32,000 bases of DNA from Megasphaera elsdenii DSM 20460 (GCF_003010495.1 NZ_CP027570.1:1200001-1232000), one strand, 5' to 3'. Positions 1-8,920 are shown, counted from the first letter of the stretch. The notes: generated by a model from the letters alone, not told the origin. Made by a program: numbers and translations.

Positions 1-1050
1 CCTATTCGTTTTGTAACATCGTCTCATGTTAATGATGTCAATTTAAGTTCGATTTCAAAATTATCCTGGGCCGTTTTAATATTTTTAATGACTTTGGGAA
101 TAATTAAATGGGGAGCTCAAGTATATACTAATGGATTTAGCCTTACTGATTTTTTATCACTTGATAATTTAGCAGCGATGAATCATGAATTTGCAGTTAA
201 TCGTTATAGTGGAAATGATAATGAAGGAGGAATAGTCGGAATCATTATTTCTGTATTGAATGCAATGGTTTATTCAGCACCGCTTTGTGGTGGATTTGCT
301 TATCCATATGCTGTTACTAGAACACACAAAAAAATAGCCATATTTTCTTTGATTCCGGTTTTCTTAGTGACGATGACTAATAATACGAAAGCTGGGATGA
401 TTGGAGGATTATTATTATTTATAGACAGCTACCTTATAGGGTATTATTGCAGATATAAGAAATGGCCGTCGATACATATTAAATCCATTTTACTATTGTT
501 TTTTTCATTTAGTATTTTTTTGAGTATTATGATTTTTTCGATGATGCTTCGTATGGGAGACAGCAGCTTTTCTACAATTTCTATTGTATTACAAAAAATT
601 ATTGTATATGCATTCGGAAATATCCAGTCCTTTGATATTTGGCTTTCGCAAGATTATTATTGGATGCAAGATTACTCTTTTGGCGCGATGACATTTCTAG
701 GAATTTCTAATGTACTTGGGCTTGTACAACGTGTACAAGGTGTTTATACGTCCTTACTAGGGACATCAAGTAATGTATATACTGTATTTAGAGGAATTGT
801 TGAGGATTTTGGCATTATTGGAGGCATAATATTTATATCTCTACAAGGATTTTTTCTAAGGATTGCCATTAATTCAATTCACTCTTCATATAATCCTTTT
901 ATTTCAGTGCCTATTGCGATGAGCATTCTTTTCTTTTTTTTGTATGGAATGATTATTTCGCCATGGACATATCTTTCTTTTATAGTAGCATTTTTTATAG
1001 TATTAGTTTATGTTTTTATTGCGTATCATCATATAGATAAAAATACTTGA
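1..1050 (+). CDS. Polytopic membrane protein, Wzy-like O-antigen/oligosaccharide repeat-unit polymerase (5' partial)
   Basis: Frame 1 is open from nt 1 to the stop at 1048-1050, and the ATG at 88 is only the first in-window Met, so the gene starts left of the window. The product is very hydrophobic and multi-pass (F/I/L-rich). It lies directly upstream of a MurJ-type flippase and ugd. The Wzy class is assigned from topology and context only. Confidence 0.45.
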   Translation, partial: PIRFVTSSHVNDVNLSSISKLSWAVLIFLMTLGIIKWGAQVYTNGFSLTDFLSLDNLAAMNHEFAVNRYSGNDNEGGIVGIIISVLNAMVYSAPLCGGFAYPYAVTRTHKKIAIFSLIPVFLVTMTNNTKAGMIGGLLLFIDSYLIGYYCRYKKWPSIHIKSILLLFFSFSIFLSIMIFSMMLRMGDSSFSTISIVLQKIIVYAFGNIQSFDIWLSQDYYWMQDYSFGAMTFLGISNVLGLVQRVQGVYTSLLGTSSNVYTVFRGIVEDFGIIGGIIFISLQGFFLRIAINSIHSSYNPFISVPIAMSILFFFLYGMIISPWTYLSFIVAFFIVLVYVFIAYHHIDKNT

Positions 1051-1069
1051 ATATATTACGAGGTTTTTT

Positions 1070-2587
1070 ATGATTACCAAGACGATGAGTAAGGCCATTA
1101 GCGGTGTTATTTTATTTACCCTTATAGCCAAGATATTAGGTTTTCTCCGAGAAGTGACATTGTCTTACTATTTTGGTGCGACTGGCATTTCAGATGCATA
1201 TTTAATTTCCCAAACGATTCCTGGAACTCTTTTTCAGTTTGTCGGAACTGGATTAACTACATGTTTCATCCCTATATATTACAAATTACTTAACCAAGAT
1301 GGGGATAATAAAGCAAATTATTTTACTAACGCTATTATTACTTTGGTATTAAGCTTTTCGACAGCCATTATTATTTTAATTTGGATTTTTACTCCTACCA
1401 TTGTTAAATTATTTGCTATGGGATTTAATGGGGATACCTTATATTATGCCTGTCAGTTTACCAGAATTGGTGTGCTGAGCCTCTATTTTTCCACTTTTAT
1501 TTATGTATATAATAGCTACTTACAAGCAAATAATATATTTACGCCCACTGCTTTTGCCGCTATTCCTAATAGTATTTTTATTATATTATCTATTATTTTA
1601 GGATCTTTTTTTAATATATGGATTTTATCAATTGGAAGTACGTTAGCTGTAGGGGTTCAGCTATTATTTTTATTTTATCCGATACATAAACTGAGATTTC
1701 ATTTCCATTTCAATTTTAATTGGAAAGATGATTCAGTTCGTGAATTTTTTTGCTTATTAGGGCCGGTAATTATTGGGGTTTCTGTAAATGAATTAAACAC
1801 ACTAGTAGATCGAACCTTAGCTTCTCAAATATCTGTCGGCGGGATATCATCGTTAACGTATGCGAATAGTTTGATAATGCTAATTCAAGGAGGAATTGTT
1901 CAACCTATTGCAACGGTTTGTTATCCTAAAATCACTCATTATATTTCGATTAGAGATTCTAAAAGCGCTAAAAATATTGTAGAACAAACATTAAATTTTA
2001 CACTTACATTATTGATACCATTAACTTTGGGACTTATAGTTTATAAATATATAATTGTCGATTCTTTATTCGGAAGAGGAGCCTTTGATCAAACGGCTAT
2101 TCATATGACATCTAGCGCTTTGTTTTTTTACTCTTTTGGAATAATATTTGTAGGAATTCGCGAGATATTGTCTAGATTTTATTATTCGCATTCTAATACT
2201 ATCATTCCCGTTAGAAATGCTATATTTGGTGTTATTATTAATATTATATTTAATATTGTATTTTCTAGATTTTGGGGAATTTCCGGTTTGGCTTTGGCTA
2301 CGAGTTTGTCGGCATGGATTACGGCTATATTATTATGGTGGGGATGTGATAAATATTTAAAAAGTGGAGGATTGTCGATTGATATTAAAGATTTATTGAA
2401 AGTCTTTTTTGCAAGTCTTATCTCTATCGTGATTCCAGCTTGGTTTATATTAGATATATATGTTAGCAACGTCATCAAACTACTGATGGTGATACCTTTG
2501 AGTATTATTATATATTTTGTATTAGGAATATTTTTCCGAATTCAATTGTTTAAAATAGCTTATGGAATGATTATACGAAGAAAGTAG
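1070..2587 (+). CDS. murJ: MurJ/MviN-family (MOP superfamily) lipid-linked oligosaccharide flippase
   Basis: 505-aa polytopic protein with the MurJ N-terminal signature AKILGFLREVTLSYYFGATGISDAYLISQTIP. A GAGG SD lies just upstream of ATG 1070. Confidence 0.75.
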   Translation: MITKTMSKAISGVILFTLIAKILGFLREVTLSYYFGATGISDAYLISQTIPGTLFQFVGTGLTTCFIPIYYKLLNQDGDNKANYFTNAIITLVLSFSTAIIILIWIFTPTIVKLFAMGFNGDTLYYACQFTRIGVLSLYFSTFIYVYNSYLQANNIFTPTAFAAIPNSIFIILSIILGSFFNIWILSIGSTLAVGVQLLFLFYPIHKLRFHFHFNFNWKDDSVREFFCLLGPVIIGVSVNELNTLVDRTLASQISVGGISSLTYANSLIMLIQGGIVQPIATVCYPKITHYISIRDSKSAKNIVEQTLNFTLTLLIPLTLGLIVYKYIIVDSLFGRGAFDQTAIHMTSSALFFYSFGIIFVGIREILSRFYYSHSNTIIPVRNAIFGVIINIIFNIVFSRFWGISGLALATSLSAWITAILLWWGCDKYLKSGGLSIDIKDLLKVFFASLISIVIPAWFILDIYVSNVIKLLMVIPLSIIIYFVLGIFFRIQLFKIAYGMIIRRK

Positions 2588-2651
2588 ACTTTATTAGAAA
2601 TAATTTGTTTTTTGTTTATTATAGCGTTTGAATGTTAGGAGGAAGTATTAT

Positions 2652-3884
2652 ATGAATATTGTAGTATCAGGAACTGGATATGTTGGGTTATCATTAGCAA
2701 CATTACTTTCACAACATAATCATGTTGTAGCTGTCGATATTATTCCAGAAAAGGTTGATTTAATTAATCAACGAAAATCTCCCATTCAGGATGATTATAT
2801 TGAAAAATATTTAGCTGAAAAAAATCTTGATTTAAAGGCTACGCTAGATGGCGAAAGCGCATATAAATCGGCAGATATTGTCATTATTGCGACTCCTACG
2901 AATTATGATAGCAATAAGAATTTTTTTGATACAAGTTCAGTGGAAGCCGTTATTGATCTTGTCATGAAATGCAATCCTGAAGCTATCATGATTATCAAAT
3001 CGACAATTCCAGTTGGCTATACGAAGTACATTCGAGAAAAAACGGGAAGTAAGAATATTATCTTTAGTCCTGAATTTTTACGTGAGAGCAAGGCTTTATA
3101 TGATAATCTGTATCCTAGCCGTATTATTGTAGGTACTGACTTGCAGGACGAACGTTTAGTTAAAGCTGCTCAAACTTTTGCCGCTTTGTTGCAGGAAGGT
3201 GCTATTAAAAAAGATATCCCTACCATATTTATGGGAATGACCGAGGCAGAAGCAGTAAAACTGTTTGCAAATACCTATTTGGCTATGCGTGTTTCTTATT
3301 TTAATGAGTTAGATACTTATGCAGAAGCTAAAGGTTTGAATACACAAGAGATTATAAAGGGAGTCTGTCTGGATCCTCGCATTGGCGACTATTACAATAA
3401 TCCTTCTTTTGGCTATGGCGGTTATTGCCTCCCGAAAGATACGAAGCAGTTGTTAGCGAATTATGCGGACGTCCCGGAAAATTTAATTGAAGCTATCGTA
3501 GAATCAAACCGTACCCGTAAAGATTTCATTGCAGATGAAGTTTTAAAAATTGCAGGATATTATCATGGTAATAGTAAATATGACCAGCATATGGAACACG
3601 CTATGACCATTGGGGTATATCGCCTGACCATGAAATCAAACTCAGACAATTTCCGCCAGAGCAGTATTCAAGGGGTCATGAAACGAATCAAGGGAAAAGG
3701 TGCGACGGTCATCATTTATGAACCGACGCTCGAAGACGGGACTACCTTTTTTGGCAGTGTCGTTGTCAATAATTTAGAAAAGTTCAAAAAACGAAGCCAT
3801 GCTATTATTGCTAATCGCTATGACCATTGCTTGGATGATGTAAAAGAAAAGGTTTATACGAGGGATTTGTTTGAAAGAGATTAA
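2652..3884 (+). CDS. ugd: UDP-glucose 6-dehydrogenase
   Basis: Rossmann N-terminus [18 protein letters not shown] and catalytic-Cys motif [16 protein letters not shown] at 2637-2642 favours ATG 2652 over the TTG at 2628 used by the ORF track. Confidence 0.9.
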   Translation: MNIVVSGTGYVGLSLATLLSQHNHVVAVDIIPEKVDLINQRKSPIQDDYIEKYLAEKNLDLKATLDGESAYKSADIVIIATPTNYDSNKNFFDTSSVEAVIDLVMKCNPEAIMIIKSTIPVGYTKYIREKTGSKNIIFSPEFLRESKALYDNLYPSRIIVGTDLQDERLVKAAQTFAALLQEGAIKKDIPTIFMGMTEAEAVKLFANTYLAMRVSYFNELDTYAEAKGLNTQEIIKGVCLDPRIGDYYNNPSFGYGGYCLPKDTKQLLANYADVPENLIEAIVESNRTRKDFIADEVLKIAGYYHGNSKYDQHMEHAMTIGVYRLTMKSNSDNFRQSSIQGVMKRIKGKGATVIIYEPTLEDGTTFFGSVVVNNLEKFKKRSHAIIANRYDHCLDDVKEKVYTRDLFERD

Positions 3885-3947
3885 ATAATGGAGAGGCGAA
3901 TAATAGATAATGGACTTAGTTGCGATTATTGGTAAATTTGCTCCAGC

Positions 3948-4376
3948 ATGCATAAAAAAATTATTTCTGATTTTAGAAACCGTCCTTATATAAGAGTAAC
4001 TGCTGAATTAGGAATTAAAACAGGGGTGCATGCTGTTTTTGTTCATCGTAATCAAGTGGGGCAGAGTTCTGTTTTAAATACTGATAAGCCAGCAATTAAA
4101 ATTCGTTGCGTAAATGAAACATCACACAAATGCTTTTTAGATAGAATAGAAATTGATTTTGAGAACGAAGAGTCTTATACGAAAAAAGATACTGATAGAG
4201 AATTAATTGAAGGTAAGCCTGAAGTAGTATATATTACTTTAGACGAGTTAAATCTGGATACGGATTCTATGCCAAGAAAATGTATTAAAAGGATTACGGT
4301 TTTTGATACTGTGCGAGGAATATGGAATGTTGAATGTGAGAATATTGATTTGTTAAATCGGCAGATTTTTCATTAA
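3948..4376 (+). CDS. Hypothetical 142-aa protein, no recognisable domain
   Basis: Clean ORF in an AT-rich region, but no obvious SD before ATG 3948 and no motif I recognise. It sits between ugd and the repeat/promoter of the RT cassette. Confidence 0.35.
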   Translation: MHKKIISDFRNRPYIRVTAELGIKTGVHAVFVHRNQVGQSSVLNTDKPAIKIRCVNETSHKCFLDRIEIDFENEESYTKKDTDRELIEGKPEVVYITLDELNLDTDSMPRKCIKRITVFDTVRGIWNVECENIDLLNRQIFH

Positions 4377-4488
4377 TTTGGATAATCAGACTAATAGCAG
4401 CAAGACTATGAATAGAAATTATGTAGCCGTATTGCCATAGAAGCATATCGAGAAAAGAAACGAAACTGGTTATCCATTCTTGATTTTT

Positions 4489-4538
4489 CAAACTGTGGTT
4501 ACGCAATATTTATTTGTTCAAAAAGTTGTAAACTGCTG
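4489..4538 (+). repeat. 50-bp direct repeat, copy A (46/50 identical to copy B at 15096-15145)
   Basis: caaactgtggttacgcaatatttatttgttcaaaaagttgtaaactgctg versus caaagtgtggttacgcgatacttagttgttcaaaaagttgtaaactgctg, with 4 mismatches. Copy A supplies the -35 of the RT-cassette promoter. Confidence 0.9.
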
Positions 4539-4553
4539 TTGGTATGATATAAT
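4526..4553 (+). promoter_or_regulatory. Sigma-70-type promoter with extended -10 driving the RT leader
   Basis: TTGTAA (4526-4531), 16-nt spacer, then TGaTATAAT (TG 4545-4546, TATAAT 4548-4553). Confidence 0.6.
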
Positions 4554-4870
4554 AATAGTGTCTTAGACAGTTAGGTCTAAGAGCAAGAGATGTTTGTCAA
4601 GTGTTTCTTGACGAATTTATTAATAATATGAAGCTTCATATTGTTAATAAATAATGCTTCTAGTATTATAACCAATACGAAGAAGAACATGAATGTATCG
4701 AATGTGATTGAACATGATACAGTAATGTTAATCGGGAACATTTGAATCACCTCTAGGATTATCATAGCATAATTCGGGATATTTCTTTGGCAATTGCAGT
4801 TGATGCACCAGAGGACAGTATACCCATCGGTTATAAGGATATTGCCACCTTGACCGATGGGTTTTATTAT
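4554..4870 (+). ncRNA. Candidate structured non-coding RNA / 5' leader of the reverse transcriptase
   Basis: ~310 nt lie between the promoter and the RT SD. Structures seen: an 8-bp hairpin at 4561-4568/4575-4582; a 7-bp stem at 4584-4590/4604-4610; a 19-bp-arm palindrome at 4615-4652 centred on AAGCTT; a hairpin at ~4656-4684; and a 9-bp GC stem at 4822-4830/4854-4862 followed by TTTTATT. The exact ends are unknown. Confidence 0.4.
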
Positions 4871-4891
4871 ATATATAGGAGATTATGGTGT

Positions 4892-6298
4892 ATGGATATG
4901 GAATTCGACGCATTTCGAAAAGAAAGTACGGGTAAAGCATATGCTCATTTCGGAACACGATGCACATTGAAAGATGACTGGGTGTGGAAATATGTGACTG
5001 TTCCACAAAATATTGAGACGCATAAATTTTTTCCGTTCATTTCATTTGAAAAAGATTATACGAAATATAATAGTCGTGACAAGAAGCTTAAAGTTAAAAA
5101 TCGATTATTGTGTTATGCGACACATTTGGATCGCTGCATCTATCAGTATTATTCGTTTTTATTAAATAATTATTACAATAAACGAGTTGAAAATAATGGC
5201 ATAGATAAGGTTGCTGTGGCATATCGGACTGATTTACACAAGAGTAATATTCATTTTGCTAAAGAAGTATTTGATTTTATAAAAAATCAAGGTTCGTGCT
5301 ATGTAATTGTTGGTGATTTTAAATCTTTTTTTGACTCTTTGGATCATAGATATTTAAAACAGCGATTGTGTGATTTACTTGGGGTAGATAGGCTTTCAGA
5401 GGATTGGTATGCTGTCTATAAGAGTATTACAAAGTATGCAGAATGTCGAATTGAAGATATTGCTTATTTCTTGGGGAAAAAGTATTCTCCTCAAGAATAT
5501 AAGGATATAAATAAGTGCTTTAAATTAATGGGCACAAAGCAATTTCATAAATTTAAAAAGCAGATATTTCGTAATTTACGTGAAAGTGATGACGATAAGA
5601 CTGCTTTTCATTCAGCTATTGAGAAGAATAAAAAGTCATATGGAATACCACAAGGTTCTTCGATTAGTGCGGTTTTAGCTAATGTTTATATGCTTGACTT
5701 TGACAAAAACATTTATAATTATATTCAATCATATGATGGATTTTATATGAGATATTGTGATGATTTTATTATTGTATTCCCCTCATCCAATAAGGAAGAA
5801 TTTTTGTCAAAATATAAGAAGATTCGAGAATTCATTGATAATATTCCAAGGCTGAAATTGGAAAAGCAGAAAACCCAAATTTATGAGTATCGAAATCAAT
5901 CTATCATTAACCGATTTTCGTATATCTCGGATAGTCCAGAGGAACGACCGAAGCAGCGGATTGATTATTTGGGATTTTCTTTTGATGGTCAAAAAGTTAC
6001 TGTCCGTGATAAGACTTTATCGAAATACTATTATCGAATGTATCGGAAAGTAAAGTCTGCGAAGTATTGGTCACTTCGGAAAAAACGTGTGCAGACTAAA
6101 GGGTTGTATCAACTATACTCTGCTCATGCGAACTGGAGCGATTCACAAAGTCAAAATCCCAAGAAAAAGAACGGAAATTTTTTAACCTATGTACAGCGTG
6201 CAGAAAAAGAGTTTGGAAAAGATGAATTGATAGACCGAGGGACTTCTCGTCACATGGTAAAAATTAAACGTGCCATTGCTAAATGGGGCAAGACCTAA
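4892..6298 (+). CDS. Stand-alone reverse transcriptase (UG/Abi/DRT-like, subtype unassigned)
   Basis: RT motifs are present in order: NRLLCYATHLDRCIYQYY, VAVAYR, VIVGDFKSFFDSLDH, YGIPQGSSISAVLANVYMLDFD, YMRYCDDFIIVF (YCDD codons 5753-5764), and IDYLGFSFDG. AGGAG at 4877-4881 sits 10 nt before ATG 4892. The ORF-track start at 4787 would read through the leader hairpin. There is no maturase/En domain. Confidence 0.88.
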   Translation: MDMEFDAFRKESTGKAYAHFGTRCTLKDDWVWKYVTVPQNIETHKFFPFISFEKDYTKYNSRDKKLKVKNRLLCYATHLDRCIYQYYSFLLNNYYNKRVENNGIDKVAVAYRTDLHKSNIHFAKEVFDFIKNQGSCYVIVGDFKSFFDSLDHRYLKQRLCDLLGVDRLSEDWYAVYKSITKYAECRIEDIAYFLGKKYSPQEYKDINKCFKLMGTKQFHKFKKQIFRNLRESDDDKTAFHSAIEKNKKSYGIPQGSSISAVLANVYMLDFDKNIYNYIQSYDGFYMRYCDDFIIVFPSSNKEEFLSKYKKIREFIDNIPRLKLEKQKTQIYEYRNQSIINRFSYISDSPEERPKQRIDYLGFSFDGQKVTVRDKTLSKYYYRMYRKVKSAKYWSLRKKRVQTKGLYQLYSAHANWSDSQSQNPKKKNGNFLTYVQRAEKEFGKDELIDRGTSRHMVKIKRAIAKWGKT

Positions 6299-6357
6299 GA
6301 TTGATATTATGAGAGGAACATTTTATTTATAGATATTTTATAAGGAAGGTGTAATAA

Positions 6358-6920
6358 ATGATAGCGTCAATAGATGAAAATAAAGTAAACGAATATTTAG
6401 AGGATAATAAAAAGAGAATTGGGGATAGTTTCAGTTCTACACAGCCTGGAACGGTTGAAATCAAAGAAATTATTGGGGGAAAAAACAAAGACTTTCCAGA
6501 TCAAGATGGAGTTATTGATAGTTCTATGACAACGTATGGCAGATATTGCAGTGAAGATAAGATCATAAAAATTAATACCGAAGCTATAGCCCAAAAGCTA
6601 GAAGATATGAGAAATTCATTGTACCATCAATATGAAAAAACTTCCCAAAGTGACAAAAAAATTTATATAAAAGTAATAAAAAATCTTTATATAAATTTAT
6701 TGATTTAATTCTTTTACATGAATATGCACATGCTTATCAAAATCAAATTGAAGGCAAAAAGATGGAAAAAAATAACTATGAGTTAGAAGTAGAAGCAGAT
6801 GAAATAAGCAAAAGAATTTTTATGAAAGATTATAAAGGTACTCCAGATGAAATAACAGAGATGTTGTTGGATACATTCGAAGAACATCATGAGTATTTAC
6901 AGAATGTGATAAAGAAGTAG
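6358..6920 (+). pseudogene. ImmA/IrrE-like Zn-metallopeptidase (HExxH), split by a frameshift at an A7 run
   Basis: Frame 1 (6358-6708) ends shortly after the A7 run at 6655-6661. Frame 3 is open from 6654 to the TAG at 6918-6920 and encodes LLHEYAHAYQNQIEG...ELEVEADEISKRIFM (HExxH plus a downstream E..EAD). An A7-to-A8 change would fuse the two into ~187 aa. AAGGAAGG SD lies before ATG 6358. Confidence 0.55.
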
Positions 6921-7105
6921 AAATTATCATAGCAGATTGATTTACCTATAATTCAAATTGCTATCGTCCATTCACGAAGATATAATATCAGAACTTTTAC
7001 GCACCTCAATGGGTTCCAAAGATGGTTTATATGATGTCTGAACTAAATTTATTTTAAGCAGAGTTGTTACTTAGGGCAAGAGATTTTGGTGAAGAAAACA
7101 AGTGT

Positions 7106-7150
7106 AAAAATAATTCGGTTGCGGTGAATCACTGAGCCGGATTGTTTGTT
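7106..7150 (+). terminator. Hairpin repeat R1 (terminator-like), preceded by a diverged remnant of the wzx-like 3' end
   Basis: aaaaataattcggttgcggtgaatcactgagccggattgtttgtt: stem AATTCGG/CCGGATT followed by a T-rich tail. It is homologous to R2 (16583-16627) and R3 (24049-24094). Confidence 0.6.
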
Positions 7151-7401
7151 AAGAAAATAGCCGAAAATACATAAAATATGGCATAAATATGGATTTAGTG
7201 TTAGAATAAAAACAATAAAGAAGCGTTTGATTGTAATTTCTAGTGATGAGGTCTCTTGTATGTGACAAATTAAATTGTCGTAGGAGATTTACAGAAGTCA
7301 TCCATAGAATCGAAAATTTGAGATAAGATTAGCATCAGTGTACTGCAAATTTAAAGAAAGGAAATGATGATTTTGCTTCTGTAATTGTCATAAAAATTCA
7401 A

Positions 7402-8298
7402 ATGAATCGAAAACCGATACCTGAAAATGTTAAGCGTAGATTATGGGCTGAATCAATGGGACGTTGTATGAATCCAGCTTGTAGAGAAAATTTATTTATA
7501 GATGATAATGATATCATGGAAAAAGCGCATATTAATGCGTATTTTGAAACTGAAGATAATTCATATGAAAATTTAATAATATTATGCCCTAATTGTCATA
7601 AGAAATTTGATAAAACCAATCAGATCAGTATACAAACTGTTAAAGAGTGGAAAAAAATTAGACGAGAGGAGTTAGAAAGGTTTTTTTCTATTAAATTTAA
7701 ATCTTTTGATAGACTAAAAGAAAAAGTAGAACCGATATTGAGGGAAAATTATGATATATACAAGAATTACTATTTAAATGAGAATAAAACTTTGTGGAAG
7801 AAATTCGAACCTAAAATATTGGTGAATAATGAAATTCTAAAATCATTGTTCAAAAACAATTGTAATTTATTTCCAGATTATCCAAATAAAGATTACTCAA
7901 ACTTAGAAGTGATTCAAACCTTCATAACCCATGTCAATGAGTTTAAAAATACTAGAGGCGACGAAGAAAAACAAAGACAGGTGCTTTTTCCTCAAGAAAT
8001 AAATTCTATTTTTGGTATTACGCCAGTAAGTGGCTCTATTATACTTGGCGCGGAATCATTGGAAGAATTAATAAAGGTATTAAGGAGAAAAGGGCGGTTT
8101 GAATCTATCATGTTAGGAATAGATAAGCCATATATATTATTGAAAAGTGGGGGAAAAATATTTGTAGATGATACACCAAGATTACGGCAATTGTATTTTA
8201 ATAATTACTGCTTTAGAAAAACAGGGGTTAGATTACAGAACCTGAATTTTGCTTTGAGCTGTTTAAAATCTAGAAACGTGCCTTTTTTCATATACTAA
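7402..8298 (+). CDS. HNH endonuclease domain protein with an uncharacterised ~220-aa C-terminal domain
   Basis: N-terminal HNH/Zn-finger signature CMNPAC...EKAHINAY...YENLIILCPNCHKKFDK. No clear SD precedes ATG 7402. Confidence 0.7.
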   Translation: MNRKPIPENVKRRLWAESMGRCMNPACRENLFIDDNDIMEKAHINAYFETEDNSYENLIILCPNCHKKFDKTNQISIQTVKEWKKIRREELERFFSIKFKSFDRLKEKVEPILRENYDIYKNYYLNENKTLWKKFEPKILVNNEILKSLFKNNCNLFPDYPNKDYSNLEVIQTFITHVNEFKNTRGDEEKQRQVLFPQEINSIFGITPVSGSIILGAESLEELIKVLRRKGRFESIMLGIDKPYILLKSGGKIFVDDTPRLRQLYFNNYCFRKTGVRLQNLNFALSCLKSRNVPFFIY

Positions 8299-8308
8299 TC
8301 CTAACTCA

Positions 8309-8545
8309 TTGAGAGAAATTGAAGTGAATGGTACTAAGATAATTTTTGTTTATAAATATTGTTTGAGCAAAGCTTTTTTATTTAGAATGAATCCGGAACC
8401 TGGCTGTATAGTTGTAAATTTGCATAACTGGAATGGAAAAGCCTGTATATCTCAAGAAGCATTAAATTTCGCAGCGTCTCTTGACACTAGATTGTTTACA
8501 ATCGAAGACTTTTTTAAATATATCAATGAAATTAGAAAAAAATAA
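8309..8545 (+). CDS. Hypothetical 78-aa protein (TTG start), possibly a detached C-terminus of the HNH gene
   Basis: The ORF starts 10 nt after the HNH stop in another frame and overlaps the next gene by 20 nt. I recognise no motif. Confidence 0.3.
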   Translation: MREIEVNGTKIIFVYKYCLSKAFLFRMNPEPGCIVVNLHNWNGKACISQEALNFAASLDTRLFTIEDFFKYINEIRKK

Positions 8546-8837
8546 TATAATTAATCTGATTAAGCAAAATATGAACCTATTTGGGGCATTTGATGAAGTT
8601 TATGTTTTTGGCTCTATTTTAGACTCAGAGAAGTATTCAAATGATATTGATATTTTGTTATTATATTCCAATTTTTCATATGGGATTCTAGCAAGCATAA
8701 GTAGCATTATTAAATGTATAGAACACTTAACATCTTACCCAGTGGATATAACTGCTTTAAGTTTTGAAGAAGAAAAAGAGGTTGATTTTATAGGTAGATT
8801 AGATAAAAAATATATATGTATAAAGCGATGCCGATAG
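8526..8837 (+). CDS. Minimal nucleotidyltransferase (MNT/Pol-beta fold, MntA-like)
   Basis: GS...DxD signature VYVFGSILDSEKYSNDIDILLLY. ATG 8526 (MKLEKNN) is a more plausible start than the ORF-track start at 8481. There is no HEPN partner downstream; the IS remnant begins at 8921. Confidence 0.65.
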   Translation: MKLEKNNIINLIKQNMNLFGAFDEVYVFGSILDSEKYSNDIDILLLYSNFSYGILASISSIIKCIEHLTSYPVDITALSFEEEKEVDFIGRLDKKYICIKRCR

Positions 8838-8920
8838 TTTATGTGTAAATGTCAATGAGAAAGTGAGCCAGGTGATTACGAATTTTTGAGTCACAATGAT
8901 TATGGAGAATTAACTTTGAT

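Noticed and set aside
2182-2478. Antisense or alternative-frame ORFs nested inside long, well-supported genes. Antisense examples are 2182-2478, 5807-5992, 6397-6594, 10357-10611, 11640-11906, 11971-12237, 17136-17480, 20913-21101, 21656-21850, 22974-23174, 25873-27057, 27875-28069, 28454-28654, 31056-31655 and 31546-31953. Same-strand alternative frames are 28052-28399, 31162-31344 and 31465-31704.
   Set aside because: Each lies entirely within a longer ORF that has clear domain motifs. They have no SD and show low-complexity or compositionally driven translations.
2628-2651. TTG start at 2628 for ugd
   Set aside because: The AGGAGG SD (2637-2642) lies inside this extension and is ideally spaced for ATG 2652, which gives the canonical [13 protein letters not shown]-terminus.
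4787-4891. ORF-track start of the RT at 4787 (adding MAIAVDAPEDSIPIGYKDIATLTDGFYYIYRRLWC)
   Set aside because: This extension has no SD and would be translated through the 9-bp GC hairpin and U-tract (4822-4868). A good AGGAG precedes ATG 4892.
4577-5006. Minus-strand ORFs 4577-4765 and 4728-5006 as protein-coding genes
   Set aside because: They lie antisense to the RT leader and the RT 5' end, with no SD or promoter seen. The stop-free antisense stretch is noted only as a property of the candidate template RNA, not as a gene call.
4554-6298. Group II intron, canonical retron or diversity-generating retroelement as the identity of the RT locus
   Set aside because: The protein has no maturase X or endonuclease domain, and I saw no domain V/VI-like RNA. 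It has no retron-type VTG motif, and I found no obvious a1/a2 terminal inverted repeats around a msr/msd. There is no TR/VR repeat pair or target gene. A non-canonical retron cannot be fully excluded without profile searches.
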